DNA of 64,000 nucleotides, from contig OX597826.1 of assembly GCA_951406725.2 (NCBI GenBank), forward strand, positions 20,770,001 through 20,834,000. Reading direction: 5' to 3'. This DNA comes from Octopus vulgaris (Eukaryota). How positions within the stretch are numbered: position 1 is the stretch's first letter; every line of letters begins with the position of its first letter. Shown piece by piece: positions 40,851-56,183 of the stretch. The notes under the pieces are model-generated. The model did not search any database and was not told the DNA's origin. It worked only from the letters and a program-made list of their open reading frames with translations. The position numbers were made by a program, and so were the translations under genes.

Positions 40851-41643
40851 CATGTATACATGTGTGTATGAGTGTGTGTGCTATGTGTATGTGTGCGTGT
40901 GTCTGTATATATATATATATATGCATGTATGTACGTATTCTTATATATACAAACAAAAACTGATATATTTGATACATTATCCTATTAGTCAGTCATGCTA
41001 AAATACTTCTATATTTAGTCCGGATAATATGGCCACCTCCGATGAACCGAATCTTAGGACCAGTTTCATTCAGTTCCTGATTGTAGCAATGTTATATCGA
41101 TGCTTCCTTTGGGAGAAATATCCACCCACCCCACCCACAACCTTTCTTAATCAATAAGGTTAATCTTCTATTGATAAATAATTCCAATAACCAAACTCCA
41201 AACCTCTGAGTGTATATATCAATGAAGGAAAGTCTGCTAGGATATAAAATATATATGTAATAGGAAAGTATTGTAGTGGACTTCGATTAATGTGTGTGCT
41301 TTTGCGTATATATACATATATACATGCACATATGTGTCTGTACGCATGCATATATACGTGTCGGTGTTTTTTATGTATATTATATATATATCTATATATC
41401 TACCTGTGTGTGTGTGTGTGTGTATGTATATATACCAGGTAACCTTGTCTTTTTGTCGTATTGATCTACATAGTCCAGCGTATCTTTTCCTTATTTTAAG
41501 CAAATACTGAAACAAAAATAAAATTGAAAATATGAAAGTGAAACGAAAAATAAATTGTGAAACGAATTTAAACCTTTAAACAATTTATTAAAAAAAATAC
41601 AAAATTATGATATATTAAAATATGAAATTATATGTAACAATAT

Positions 41644-41745
41644 TGTCACGCCAGCGGAAGTTAGTCTAGCGAGAGGAAGTGACAAAGAAGTGACTCTAAG
41701 TTTAAAATGGCGACAGAAAACCAGTCAGATAAGAGCTGCAGGTTT
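41644..41745 (+). promoter_or_regulatory. Candidate ETS/YY1-type promoter-like motif cluster
   Basis: CGGAAGT (41655), AGGAAGTG (41674) and AAAATGGCG (41704) within 60 bp, in a locally GC-richer patch. Confidence 0.2.
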
Positions 41746-42544
41746 GGAGCTTGGATTGTCTTCAAAAATGAACAATATTATCATTAAAATACATCAAAAT
41801 TGGAATTGTCAAGATTTTGCCGGCATTTTAAATAAATTCGTTTAGTGTTTCAATAACACACACGCACACAGACCTTATGATCAGTTTATCTAACAAATTT
41901 TAACCAGACTGAAATAAAAAGATGCAATTTTAAATATTACAATAATTCCATTTACGTTTTTTTAATGAAAATTGTGCGAAAGATTGGTCATTCCATGTCT
42001 GAAGAAAGTTTACCGAATTTTCATATTTTTTATCTTCTTCGTAATCTTTTTCTCGCTCTCGCTCTCCCCCTCTCTCTGTCTCTCTTTCTTTCTCTCCACA
42101 CGTTATTTTTCTTACTTTCTTTTTGGTTTTTGTCGTTTGTAATTTCATGGGATTCTAAACGATAATTCATTTAATTTTATTTTGATAATCTTTTATGAAC
42201 CTAATATTTGTATTTGGAGACGTTGCACAACCGTGCTGGCACGGACAGGGGAACGGGGGGCCTCTTGTGTGCACGGAGGAATGTGGGGGGGGGGGCACGT
42301 GAAGAAGAAGAAGAAGCGGTTAGGCAAAGATCGAAAGGAAGGTAGATAGGTAGGTAAGTGGGTAGGTAGGTAAGTAAGTTGGTGTGGGTGGATTGGGAGG
42401 TGGGGTTTTGTTGTTTTTCAATCATTATTTCATTGGTGCATTTGTAGAAAGTAAATATTGGGGAAAGCAGATCTGTTTAAAATAATAACGGAGAAGGACG
42501 GCGAAAAAGAGTTGAGTAAGAAATGAAAGGAAAATATCTTTTAG

Positions 42545-42730
42545 GAGAGGAGGGGGAAGAGAGAGAGGAACAGAGACAGAGAAGAGAGAGGGGGACAGAG
42601 ACAGAGAGAAGAGAGAGAGGGGGACTGAGACAGAGAGAAGAGAGAGAGGGGGACTGAGACAGAGAGAAGAGAGAGAGGGGGACAGAGATAGAGAGAAGAG
42701 AGAGAGGGGGGACAGAGACAGACAGACTGA
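42545..42730. repeat. ~28-bp purine-rich minisatellite (GAGACAGAGAGAAGAGAGAGAGGGGGAC)
   Basis: About 6 units visible. Confidence 0.8.
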
Positions 42731-44219
42731 AAGAATGGTGTGTAATTTAAAAACACAAGACTGGCATTGATTCTTCTGATTGTGCAGATGGACCTAAGAG
42801 GAGAAGGTGAGGTAGATGGGGAGCTAGAAGAGGAAGGAGAAGAAGGAAGCTGGAAAGTAAAGAGAAGGAGAAGATGGAGAAGAAGAAGAAATCAGAAGAT
42901 GAAGAAGGAAGAATGGTTTGTGACAATACCTAAAACAAACAGACAGACGCAAAAGGTCCATCTTTATTCTCTGAGAGTTTTCTTTCATTCTGAGAATTCT
43001 TAGAATCTCAACAGGCAAAGTTGGAAATGAGTTAGAGGTGGGGGGTAGTGAGAGTAGATATGATAGAGGGGGTGATAGGAAGAGAAATAGGAGAGCGTGT
43101 AATGAGTGGAGGGAGGAGAGAATGAGATGGTGAGGTGTGAGTTAGGAACTGAAAAGAGGTGGCAAAGAGAAAGGCAGAGGCAGAGGGAGAGGAAGAGAGG
43201 AAGATAAGGGGAAAGAAAATTTAAAGAGAGAGAGAGAGAGAGAGAGAGAGTAAAGAAGGTGTCAAAGGCAGAAAAAGCGTAGGAAAGAGATGAAAATGAT
43301 GATAGGGTAAAGAGGAGGAGAAAAAGTGGGAAGTGAAGAAATAAAGAGAGAGAGAGAGAAAGACGTAGAGAAAAAAAGGGGAAAGAGAGAGAGGGAAATA
43401 GAGAGCAAAATTTAGAACTGCAGCAGATATGAAAGGTGGGAGAGAACAAGAAACACACACACACAAACCAACAAGCACACATGCACATACACAAAATAAA
43501 TAAATAAATAAATAAATAAGTAAAAAAAAAATGTAAAATTGTTTAAAATCTGAGTGAAATGATTGGCGATGATTGTCGGCCAAACTGGTAATCCGGTGTC
43601 TTTCATATGGCGATCATATCATCATTCTATGTTAATATTTATGATGAACATCAAACATGAAGAGTTGCCTCGAAAATTTTCAAACTTAATCTTTACAGGC
43701 TTTGTTGATTTTTTTCCAGGAAGTCGAACAATTTTAACACATCGTTTCACACCTCTTATTGCACTTGGCCACTAATAACTTCGTAAACTGATTACGTAGA
43801 TCGTTTATGTGTGAACACACGCACACACACTCACACACACACACATCTATATGTATGTTTGTGTATATATATATATATATTAGCTGTCATATATGTGCGT
43901 GTATAATATAATACATATACATGCACACACATATACACATAAACAAATCATAAATGACATATAAATATGCATATACATACAAACATATGCATTATACACT
44001 CACGCGCGCGCGTATTTTATTGTCTGTTTACTGGTTTCAGTCATTGGACTACGACCATGCTGGAACACCACTTCAGTATATATTTCCTCTACATTGTTAT
44101 TGTGAAAGGCAGGTCTATCTTTTGACCTAAAGGGATGCAACGCAATGTATCGTTTTACACTGATAAGCACAAAAATACAAACGCACACACACATGTTTGG
44201 GTTTATATATATGCATATA

Positions 44220-44250
<31 letters not shown>

Positions 44251-44326
44251 AATAACAGCAACAACAACAACTATAATATAAATAATATATATGCATACAT
44301 ACATATATGTACATACACATGCATAG

Positions 44327-44515
44327 ATGGGTACAGGACACCACAGAATATAAACAACATGAAATACGAAAACAACATAATATACGAAACACGAAAACAT
44401 GGAACGCAAACATTTTGTGCGAACGACGAAAGAAACGAATGGAAAACAAGACAAGCAGCAAAAAAAAACGACCCTTCATCAGTTGTCGGCTGTTTTTCAA
44501 TTTCGTATTTCGATA
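44327..44515 (-). mobile_element. Dispersed repeat fragment with CTGATGA core (PLE-like?)
   Basis: Minus strand cagccgacaaCTGATGAagggtc followed by a T-rich tail; flanked by (TA)/(TATG) tracts. Confidence 0.3.
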
Positions 44516-44551
44516 CATATATATGTGCAAATACAAACATATATATATTAA

Positions 44552-44582
<31 letters not shown>

Positions 44583-44623
44583 TGTATGTATGTATGTATG
44601 TATGTATGTATGTATGTATGTAT

Positions 44624-44654
<31 letters not shown>

Positions 44655-45224
44655 TTATATATATATTCAAAAGTGTTTTCCAATAAATTTTTGATAAGCT
44701 GCAATATGAAACACTTTCTTAAAGTAAAATTAATAATTATTGTTTTTTAAAATGTTAAACGCACGGGATGACACGAACCTTTTGGAGGGAAGTTTTTATA
44801 TTGTGTGTAAGCGCTTTCGTTGTTTAGTTTTCTTCAAACTCACATGTTACTGAGTATAAACTCTACACCAATAACAAAATTTAAACTTCCACATCTTTCC
44901 TCTAGAGCTGGTATTGTTAATATCTGATATTAATGTCCGACCACGGAGAAAGTCGTTAGACTTGAAATTTTGGTTCTGGTGTAGGGATTATATTTAAACC
45001 AAAATGTAAATATACAGCACATTCTGTAAACTATTGTGTTCTTTCTTGCATGACTGGTTTTCTTAGACTTTGAATTAAGACTACGTCATCCATCCATTCA
45101 TACATACATACATACATACATACATACATACATACATACATACATACATACATACATACATACATACATACATACATGCATACATACATACATAGATGCA
45201 TACGTAAATACAAACGTGCTTGCA

Positions 45225-45395
45225 TGCGCAGCCGTGACTGTGTTGCAAGAAGCTTGCTTCCCAAGAACATGGTTCTGAGTTCAGTCCCACTGCGTGGCAG
45301 CTTGGGTAAGTGTTTTCTACTATAACCTCAGGCCAACCAAAGCCTTGTGAGTGGATTTGGTAGACGGAAACTGAAAGAAGCCCGTTGTATATATG

Positions 45396-45471
<76 letters not shown>

Positions 45472-45750
45472 TGTATGTATGTATGTGTGTATGTGTGTAT
45501 GCATGTTTGTGTCTAGGTATATTTCTTTGTATCCGTGTTTGTCCCGCACCACCACCAGACAACTAGTGTTAGTTTGTTACTGTCCCCGTAACTTAGCGGT
45601 TCAGCAAAATAGACCGATAGTCTAAGTGCCAGACTAAAAGCAAAAAAGTACTATGGTCGACTCGTTCAACTAAAAATTCATCAAAACGGTGCACCAGAAT
45701 GTACGAAGCCTAATTATTGAAACAAGACAAGGTCAGAAGATAAAAGATAA
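45225..45750 (+). mobile_element. SINE family B, full copy with expanded internal (TA)n/(TATG)n
   Basis: Colinear with 33436-33800. Confidence 0.85.
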
Positions 45751-45857
45751 GCTACATACATACATACATACATACATACATACATACATACATACATACA
45801 TACATACATACATACATACATACATACACGCACACATACATACACACACATATACGT

Positions 45858-45888
<31 letters not shown>

Positions 45889-46232
45889 TGCACAGCCCTT
45901 CATACAGGCGGACAGGCATCATGCACCGGCGCTCCTGCCGCCACCCTTTGGTTGTCATCTTGATGATTCTATTTGATTAATAACCTATTTTCCAGTTTCT
46001 CCGAAGTATTTGAGTTGCTGGTTGATATCGTTGATGTCTTCCAAAGTTGGAGAGGATTAAAGATTAAAGACAAGATTGTTCACGTGACAAAGCTATTATT
46101 GATACTGACCTTCCTAATCTATCGATCTGGTCATGTGTCATCGAAACCAACTCCCACCTCTCACTCTTTCTTCTCTCTCTCTCTCCCTCACACACACGCT
46201 CTCACACATTCCTTTCTGCGGCCTGTCTGTTA

Positions 46233-46263
<31 letters not shown>

Positions 46264-46357
46264 AAAATATGCTAATCAAGACACATCGAACCATAATTAA
46301 AAACGCCATCATGTCTGTCTTTGATGTAAATTATTTTGATTCATCATCAAATGCTTT

Positions 46358-46705
46358 GTAGCTGTTTAGTTCCCTGATCAGTCCTGATCCAGCAGATTTA
46401 CGAGTAAGGCGTTCCAACCATGACCATCTTCCTCATAGATGTAAGAACATCATTGTGTGTTTTTTTTCTTTGTATTTGGAGAGAGATTTCGCTGCTATTT
46501 CTAGCTGGTATATTTCTGTTGGATGCTGTTGTTCAGCCCGAGGTCAAACCTGATTCAGCACATCTATGATCACAGGTGCTCCAGCCGTGACCAGTATATC
46601 TTTGTATGTATAAGAGATTGCATTGTCCCATGCATCATTATTTAAGACACTAGGATGTGATTTGAGGGAGATTTGGCTGCTATTTCTAACCCGCTGGGTG
46701 ACTGG
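46358..46705 (-). mobile_element. Two tandem family-E repeat copies
   Basis: gttgttcagcc...tgatttgagggagatttggctgctatttctaa is the reverse complement of the family-E motifs and occurs twice. Confidence 0.6.
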
Positions 46706-48336
46706 TGAAATACGATATAGCTGAGCAAGATGTCAATGTGTGATGCTGTGGGACGATGTCTTAAAAAAAGAATCCCTTCGCACAATGTCTTAGATCTTGA
46801 CTGAGAATTGCGTAGAACAAGATTTTCTAACAGCACCGAATATTCTTTTGGGGCTGTGGGATCGGAATACCAAAGTAGCATTCTCTTAATGCTTGTAATC
46901 ATTCAATGGCATTTGAAGTCAATGCTGTAAGTTAATGAAACACTCGTTCACGTACACAGTGGTCCTACCTCTTACATAAACATATCTATTTACTGTGAAG
47001 AGGATTGACCAGCAAAATTTCACTCTTCTTTCCATGGAGGTGATGTCACCACATCGTGTGACAACAGAGTGTGAACTGTAGATCGTTTGTTCAAAAACAT
47101 GGACACCATACGAAGACAGAAGCAGACAGGCACTGTGTATGGATTATGCCGAACAGACTCTGTATAAGCGATGCTCCAGCTGAGACTTGAGAATCTTCTT
47201 AATTTCATTAGCAACTTAAACATATTAAAGAGCTGATGAGATGGCGGAGGGGGTGAAACTGGCAATAATAGAATTTTATTAAAAAACAAAGTTAAAATAT
47301 AGTATCTCAGATAATTATATCAATGTACCTGTGACAAAACAGTCACTAATTAAGTGGGCTTCTGCTTAATTGACAACATCCGGAATACATGAAGTGGTAT
47401 CGTTGTCGTCAGTGTTGTTGCTGTTGTTGTTGTTGTCGTGAGAGTCTCCGGAAAATAGAGCAGATATTTATGGCAGAAAAAGAAACAACACAAAAAAACA
47501 ACAACTTTCTTGCAGAATGTAATTATGGAATGTAATCAAGAGGCGACACACAGACACCACCGTCAGAAAGAGAGAGAAAGATTTCCCATATAGACAACAC
47601 CAATAAAGATGACACCCTCAAAGACAGCCCCACCACCACCACCACCACCACACAACTCTACAAGATAATGAATTTTTATAATAAACCTGAAACAATTTCT
47701 CGATTATCCGTCAGAAGTTTAATTACTTATTACACAGTGTTTTAATTATCAGATGATTATCTGATTGGCTGGCAAACAATTGAGATTTAACCCCTTAGAT
47801 ATGCCAATGGCCAGGCACATAATGTGGCCGCTAGTTGACGTTTCCCTTTGGATCTTCCCCAGTTCAGGAGGGCCGTGGATCTATACCTGATTCAATTTAC
47901 CTTTAGTAAGATGTTTGAGGTGGTCGCAGTATGGTGAGTGGGGACCTGTCTAAGGTGCAGGGCTTGGTATGTTTGTAGGGTAGATGATTGTTGCCCATGC
48001 AGGAGTTATCTACTCGCCAGTTCATCGGTGGTGTCCATGAGAAGGGCAAACGACTGATATGGTTTGGCATGAATGGTCAGGACGAAGTTAGGCAATGTCT
48101 ATGTGCTTATGCACCTCAAGGATGCCAACTCCTGACTTAATGTCGATTAAATGGAAACCAGTATATGACTGGTACAGATATTTTTGGTATCGACCAGCGA
48201 AATAGATAAATGCATATAGAGACACACACATGCAGACATACATACATACATATATATACATACCTACATTATATATATAATTGTATATACATACATGTGT
48301 ACATGTATGTACGTTTGTATACTCACAAACACAAAC

Positions 48337-48383
<47 letters not shown>

Positions 48384-48645
48384 CATATACATATGCATAT
48401 ATATGTGTGTATGTATATCTATATATATATATACATACATATATACATATATACATATATATATATATATGTTTATATATATATCTATGTATATCTATAT
48501 ATATATATATATACACACATACCTATATATATATGTACATACATATATACATACCTATATATATATATGTACATACATACATATGAATATATATACACAC
48601 ACACGCGCACAAACACACACACACACAAACACACACACACTCACA

Positions 48646-48717
<72 letters not shown>

Positions 48718-49153
48718 TGTTTGCCTGTAAACCTATCATGTCTGCCATATGTAGCGAGACAGCTGTTTACTGTAAGAAGGACTCCTTCATCCTCAGCACA
48801 TCATTAATTACGTATTTAGTACAAAACAACGCCACCAGATGTCACTCATGAGTAACATGGCGATGGCTCGATAGAATTTGCCAGAATTGGCTGTGGGCTT
48901 CAGAGAAAGAAAGAAGTAGACAATTTTTTACTTTTTAAAGATGTATATCAACGATATAATATGCTTTTAATATACTTAGAATATATGAACAGATATGTAC
49001 GGTATATGTTTATAATTACAATATTTACACCTATATCTGCGGTGTATATTGATATGCACAATATATGCAAATGTATCTACTGTGCATTTTATAATATATG
49101 TCCTTTAACCATTCTATTCAGTCTATGTATATACATACATACTTACATATATA

Positions 49154-49216
<63 letters not shown>

Positions 49217-49377
49217 ATATACATATATCTGCTCACTAAACCTTTCACTTGTTTCTGTTTTCGTATTTTTTTCTTTTCCTGTTTATAAGATTCTCAATTT
49301 ACTCGAAAATTTAAATCTTTCAGAGAATTAGTCTAAACTTTGAAAATAACAAACCCTTCCACTATCAATTTATAAAC

Positions 49378-49510
<133 letters not shown>

Positions 49511-49628
49511 GTATATGCATGTATGTATGTATATGGATATATGTGTATGTATATCTATTACGATAACAAAACAGCAGGGGAGTATTCATATCAGTTGATG
49601 TATAGTTATATCAACACAAATACACACA

Positions 49629-49681
<53 letters not shown>

Positions 49682-50181
49682 GCAATGCAATACAAATAGA
49701 TAACTTTCCCTCGAGCTGAGCATTTCCTTGTCTGTTCCAAACAAAGAAATCCAGCTCAACCCAAAACGGCCATTTGTGACGGTTCCATTGTTTCGATTCG
49801 CAGGTGTTGGTTTCTCACTTAATAATTATTCTTCACTGATCCCTTCCTTGCTTGCAACAGCAGAACTGGAAATGTCAACGTTACATGTCTTTATTGTTCA
49901 GAGAGTGATTCCTGTCTGTGTTTTGGCTACTAAAACCGTTCCGTAAGCCAAACCGAAAGTTGTTCTTCGCAACGGTAATAATTCCATTTGAGAAAAAGTA
50001 ATAGTTTCTACTGTCAACTTCTCTGTTGGTTTTATGAGCAAGTGTTTATGCTTTGCTATCAGAACTTGATACCATTCAATGAAGATCTTGTACAAGGTAC
50101 ATAACCACGCCAAATAAATGGGAACAAAATCCTGAAAGAAACAAACAAAATCTGTCATTTTTGCTTGAGAGAATCAAACTG

Positions 50182-50232
<51 letters not shown>

Positions 50233-50335
50233 ATTATAGCGGTAAAATGACACGGGTTCCCAAGTGTGCTACAATAACATCATAAATCTATAATAGGTTT
50301 CATAATGTTCCCTCCTTCTATCTGTCTATCTACCA

Positions 50336-50406
<71 letters not shown>

Positions 50407-50481
50407 AATCTATCTGTTTGTCTGCCTGTCTATCTATCTATCTCGCTAGGTAGCTATCTCTCTCTCTGTATATATACACAT

Positions 50482-50514
<33 letters not shown>

Positions 50515-50650
50515 CACACATAGATCTATTTGTCTACAAATCAATTATCTATCTGTCTCACTATCTAGCCATCAGTCTATCTGTTTATATTTATCGATCT
50601 ATCAATGTATCTGTCTGTCTGTTGTATTTCAGTCTACCTACCTATCTATT

Positions 50651-50718
<68 letters not shown>

Positions 50719-51763
50719 ATATCTATCTATCTATCTGCCTGTCTGTCTGTCTGTCAATCTATCCACCTATATATCTATCAATCTATATATAAAGCCTGTC
50801 TACCTACCCACCTAACTATTTGTCTATCTATCTGCCTCTCTGTTTATCTGTCTAATCACCTATATATTTGTCTATTTATTTGCTAATCTATCTATCTATC
50901 TATCTTTCCCACACCTCCATTTCTTTCACCACCCTCCTCTACCCTCTTCTCCATGTTTCCTTCCCCCGCTCACTCTCTCACTCAACCTCTCTCTCTCTCT
51001 CCCTCTCCCTCTCCTACTCCCACTCTCACACAATTTGCTATGTAAACACACTTGGGGATTGAGCTACGTCAGAAAATAGCCAGCGAAGACAAAAGCCTTA
51101 AGTTGGTTACATTTGTCCAAGATCCTTCTTCTATACATTAGCAAAAATCAACAAAGTAATCCATTCTGAATTATATTATTCCGGCAATGTAGCCTGCGGG
51201 AGTATTACTTTGAAATGTTCGCTCCACTTTGGGCAATGATGCCAGCCGGTCACCCATCTCCCCACCTGTCCACCCAGACAGTCCTACTGCTATGCTTGTT
51301 AATATTCCAGCATCTAGTCAGACAAATAAAGTAAAGAGACTAGCAATTATAAACCACATTATGTCAAAATTAATAAGCTTCAACCAACGTAGATTTATTT
51401 CTCACTTTTTTACATCGATTTTGTTTTGTCTTCTTTCTTTTCGCGGTTTTTGTCTCCAATATCCCTACTCTTATTCTATTGTATAAAAACAGGAATTGGA
51501 CGAAGAATTATGAATAAAAAAAATACACAACTTCTTCCCTTGCACTTAATGTTTTTGATAAGCTTCACTACCTACTCGGTTATTCTTATGTCCTCTAAGT
51601 TTTTTTCTTTCATTCATTAATCATCTAGCTTCATTTTTTCAGTGTCCTCACCACTCCTCAATTATTTTGTCTTCAATCTCCACGAATTGGTTTTATAACT
51701 TAATTCATTGCCCTCTTTTTACTTCTTTCTATCTTGCTACAAATATGTGTGTATGTGTGTCTT

Positions 51764-51801
<38 letters not shown>

Positions 51802-52468
51802 TATGCATGTATATTATGTATATACACACACACACACACACGTACACATGAAAACACAAACACCTATACACAGACGTTTATATCTAAAAATGAAGCTGGT
51901 AAGAATACTCAATGCAAAAAGAAGTAGAGTGGCTATTCTATTAGAATTTTCAGTTTCCCGTCTCGCAAATCTTGAATTCCGTGGTACCCGGTTATTCAAA
52001 CGGTTGAAGTAGGAAAGAAGCAGTGTGACAATATAATATAATATAATGAAATTATTGTATACAGTGCTCAGGTGCACCACAACAATATTCACGAATACAT
52101 CGAAATATGATGAGTTGACAATGCATGGTAATATTTTGAGATATTTAAGAAATATTTGGTTATATATAGCAGCACGACTTCGGTCGTTTGAATACTCGGT
52201 TACACGAAACTGAGATTCAAAATCTTCGGTTTCTAGTATTGCGGAGGTGAGGATTGACGCTGAAATCGACAAATCGTCCGACAAAACTCCTCTTCTATTT
52301 CATTCTTCTGAGATCATTACAACAATTGCCATTGGAGTGCCGAGGGAGTGATGTAATGGACTGTAACCTTGAATGTGTTGCCCCAGCAGTTACGACTGAA
52401 GCCAAGGCACGAAACACTTGGTTCTTGAGTCACTATTGTAATCTTTCTACCTCAATATATACAATATA

Positions 52469-53333
52469 CCGTATATACTCGTGTAAAAGTCGAATTTTTT
52501 AGCACTTTCTTTTAATGTTAAATTTATGGGGTCGACTGTTACATTTGTGGGGCTGAAATTCAAAATAGAATCCGATGTACCGTATCAGAAGCAGAAGCCC
52601 AGTTGATTTGTAAGCGAATAAAAACAAAAGCGCAATGAATTACAGTAATATTACTAATTCCACGCATCAAAACACAATAATATATATATATAGTAAAATA
52701 TAAAGGTCGCATGGGAGCCACTGATTTAGTGATCAAGTGACTGTTTGGGGGGGGGGGGGCTTACTGGAAGTCATGCCTTTGTACGAATTCTGACAGTGGC
52801 GTTTGCCAGTGTTCGCCAATAGTGCTGTGTGTGAAACACATTTCCCACCATGTAATCAACGAGTGTATAACGCATGTGTTCATTGTGCTTGCAGATGTAT
52901 GTAGGCTTGCAACATACATCCTATGCATACATTTTAGTAATGGTGATGGCGCACCCATCGACAAATGTGTAGTGCTCGCAATTAGATGGTGTTTTATTAT
53001 AAGCACCGAGCATTCCATTATAAGCACCAAGCATTCCACCTTTAGAGCCCACTAAAATAATTTTGAAAGAGTTTAATTCATCAAATTATGCCATCTACCA
53101 TTTACCGCTAGGTGTTTGTTTTCTTTCTTCAACCACCAGTAAAATTTCGGGATTTTTAAGCTCCTTATTCACATTACCTCTAAACTCATAATTCTCTCTT
53201 AATCTTATTTAAATTACACAGTGTCATATGACGACCCCTGTGATGTTATGTTATATTTTTCCTTGAAACATCTTCCCGTAAAAACCAGTGAAAAAAGATC
53301 TCCACGTGGTCGATTATAAGGGAAGTACATACC
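52469..53333. mobile_element. Non-autonomous Tc2/pogo-like DNA transposon (degenerate MITE)
   Basis: TA|CCGTATATACTCGTGTAAAAGTCGA left end with a subterminal ggggtcgact repeat, and a decayed inverted copy gtcgattataagggaagtacatac at ~53309-53333. CCGTATAT ends are typical of Tc2-like elements. Confidence 0.55.
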
Positions 53334-53672
53334 TGATGCTAAACTCCTAAATGCTCCAAAAAGATGAGATGGTCACGAATAGAACATCTTTGATCATAGG
53401 TTTGCTTGATCAGAGTTGATCCAGGACTAAACAATATATAAACAATCCCTTCCCATTCATGACCCCCTCCTCAGGGTTTCAATTTGGACAATAACTTCAC
53501 TAATCTCAACAAAGTATCTCCAGCTGGAAATAATATCTTTATAAAATACTTTTATGTCTGGAATCAGAGGAAACATGGGCCGGTCTGCATCGGAAGAAGT
53601 TAACTATAAAAGTTCACAAATAGAAAAATAATAACAAAAAAGGTGAATTGATTTATCATGCAGAGTAAAATA

Positions 53673-53707
53673 TCTAACATTTCGAACAATAGTTCTTCAT
53701 CAGACCC
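53673..53707 (-). ncRNA. Near-intact minimal hammerhead motif at the end of a PLE-like fragment (~53598-53940)
   Basis: Minus strand gggt-CTGATGA-A-GAAC(TATT)GTTC-GAAA-TGTT-AGA; same layout as 8410-8444, with a C to T change in the palindrome and a weak stem I. Confidence 0.55.
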
Positions 53708-54445
53708 GACTGAACACAGAAATTATTATTGCGGCCACACAAAACAAAACAAAAAAATAATCTAAAAGAGATAATAAAAAAAATATCGCAGAGTGGTAGA
53801 AATGGAAGGGATAGAGTGAAGTAGTGTGAGAGGGGAGTGATGCTGGAGGAAGTAAAAGGAATGAAGAATTGGTAAAGGTTTGTAACCTAAGAGAGTCAGT
53901 TGAAATAAGCGCGGGAAGATAAGGGTGAGCTCGTGTCAATTAAGTGTGGAGTCTAGTGATTCAAAGTCTTGTCGAAAGAATATTTCTAAAGAATCTTACA
54001 ATAGACTTCATAATTCAGTGATAAGATGACAAATTTTATTTCAGACATTTTGGGAGAACCACAAGAAAATGTTTCGAGCAATTATTAGCAAAATTCTTTC
54101 ACAGAATCAGAAAAGATATATTTGTAACGAAATGCTTTGAAACTTGGTAAATACTCATTCAGTTTAACCACCACGTATTTCATATTCTCTGACACTCGCC
54201 ATACATATATATGATCAGGGTTATGTGTCTAGAAATCGTGTGTGTGTGTGTGTATGTGTGTACATTAACACCAAACTCGTGCTGTTTATACCATTAATGA
54301 TATCGTCAGATATCATGTTATCACCTATTTATTCTATCCCCCTACTGTGCTGCTATGTGATATCACACATGCCACCATGGTGGTTTGTTGCATATCACAA
54401 TCTTGGCAACATAAATATTTATAAAACATATTTGTGCGTCTGTAT

Positions 54446-54476
<31 letters not shown>

Positions 54477-54992
54477 TACATACATTCATACATTCTTACA
54501 TGTGTTAATATACATATATATATGAATTCGGTGGTGTGAAATATTTAGCGTATATCTGTAAAATGTGATATTAATTTTCTGCTAGAAACACACACACACG
54601 CGCATATGTGAGTGTGTGTGTGTGTGTGGATGCATAATGCATCTATGTATGTATGTGTGTGTGTGTGTGTGTGTGGAAGCTTACATCTACACCCACACAC
54701 ACTCATACGTACACACACATGAATATACCCCGTATGATTCTACTTTTATGTTCAATTAGTGGTATCTGAGAGAGATGTCAGAGCAAGGACATGGTGTTAA
54801 TATTTCGAATATATCAATGTATGTGTGTGTGTGTGTGTGTGTATGTATGTGTGTATGTGTGTATGTGTGTGTGTGTGTGTATGTGTGTGTCTGTGTGTGT
54901 GTGCTGTGTCTGCTGTTGTAGCCGGGTGTCATAATCATTAAAGATGACTGACAACATTGAATAATTAAATATTACATCAAAATCAATGACGT

Positions 54993-55052
<60 letters not shown>

Positions 55053-55205
55053 TAAAGTGTATCGGAAACTTCATCCCATTCGCTGCCGTATGAAACTTTA
55101 TTCTAAATCTACACACGCGCGCGCGCGCACACTGAAACGCACACATATGAATAGGAAACTCGAAGTAATGCTTCCAATAAAATGTATTTTTCAGTCTGTT
55201 TTAAC

Positions 55206-55430
55206 ACTGGTTTCAAATTTTGACACAAGGCCAGCAATTTCGAGAGGAGGGACTAAGTTAATTATATCGCCCCCTCCCCCGTACTCAGCTGGTACTTATT
55301 TTATCGACCCTGAATGGATGAAAGGTAAAGTGAACAGCGACAGAATTCGAACTCAGAACGTAAAGACGGACAAAAGGCAGCTTAGCGTTTTGTCCGGCAT
55401 GCTAACGATTCGGCCAGCTGACTCTGCCCT
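55206..55430 (-). mobile_element. SINE family A copy
   Basis: Full-length match to family A. Confidence 0.85.
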
Positions 55431-55875
55431 GCTCTATATTTCAATATTGAGTACTTTTTAGGGCCTTTCTTCTTCTTCTCGTTTACATAGCTGTATATGT
55501 GTGTGGGGAGGGGGTATCTGTGCACATATATTTACATACATAAATATATGCAGAGAGACAGGTATGCAGATGCACATGCATGCGTGTGGATGCGGGTCTA
55601 TGCGTATATATATATATGTATGTATGTATGTATGTATATATACATATATATACACACAAACTTACAATACATATCTCTCTAGAGATACATATGAACGGTG
55701 TGTGTGTGTGCGTTTCTCAGTGGTATTTGTATCCAAATCGGACTCTATACTCTACGTAGTGTATGTATTATATGTAGCCCTATTGTATACATACGTGTTT
55801 GCAAATGTGTTTGCATATAATATATACATGCGATATGTATCTATGTATATGTGTGTGTGTGTGTATGTGTTTATG

Positions 55876-55914
<39 letters not shown>

Positions 55915-55919
55915 TTATG

Positions 55920-55978
<59 letters not shown>

Positions 55979-56089
55979 GTGTGCGTGTGTGTATGTATGC
56001 ATATACAGTGAGAAATGAAGAGTTGTTGATGCAATCGTGTAGAGATATTATATACACAAAACCTACGACAAAGGCAGTTTTCTCTCTCT

Positions 56090-56127
<38 letters not shown>

Positions 56128-56132
56128 ATATA

Positions 56133-56183
<51 letters not shown>

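Noticed and set aside
47233-47262. CTGATGA...GAAAC at suitable spacing
   Set aside because: The intervening sequence cannot form stem II and there is no NUH or stem I; likely chance.
47790-48150. GC-richer segment that might be a retroelement fragment
   Set aside because: No recognisable ORF, termini or second copy in the window; cannot be assigned.
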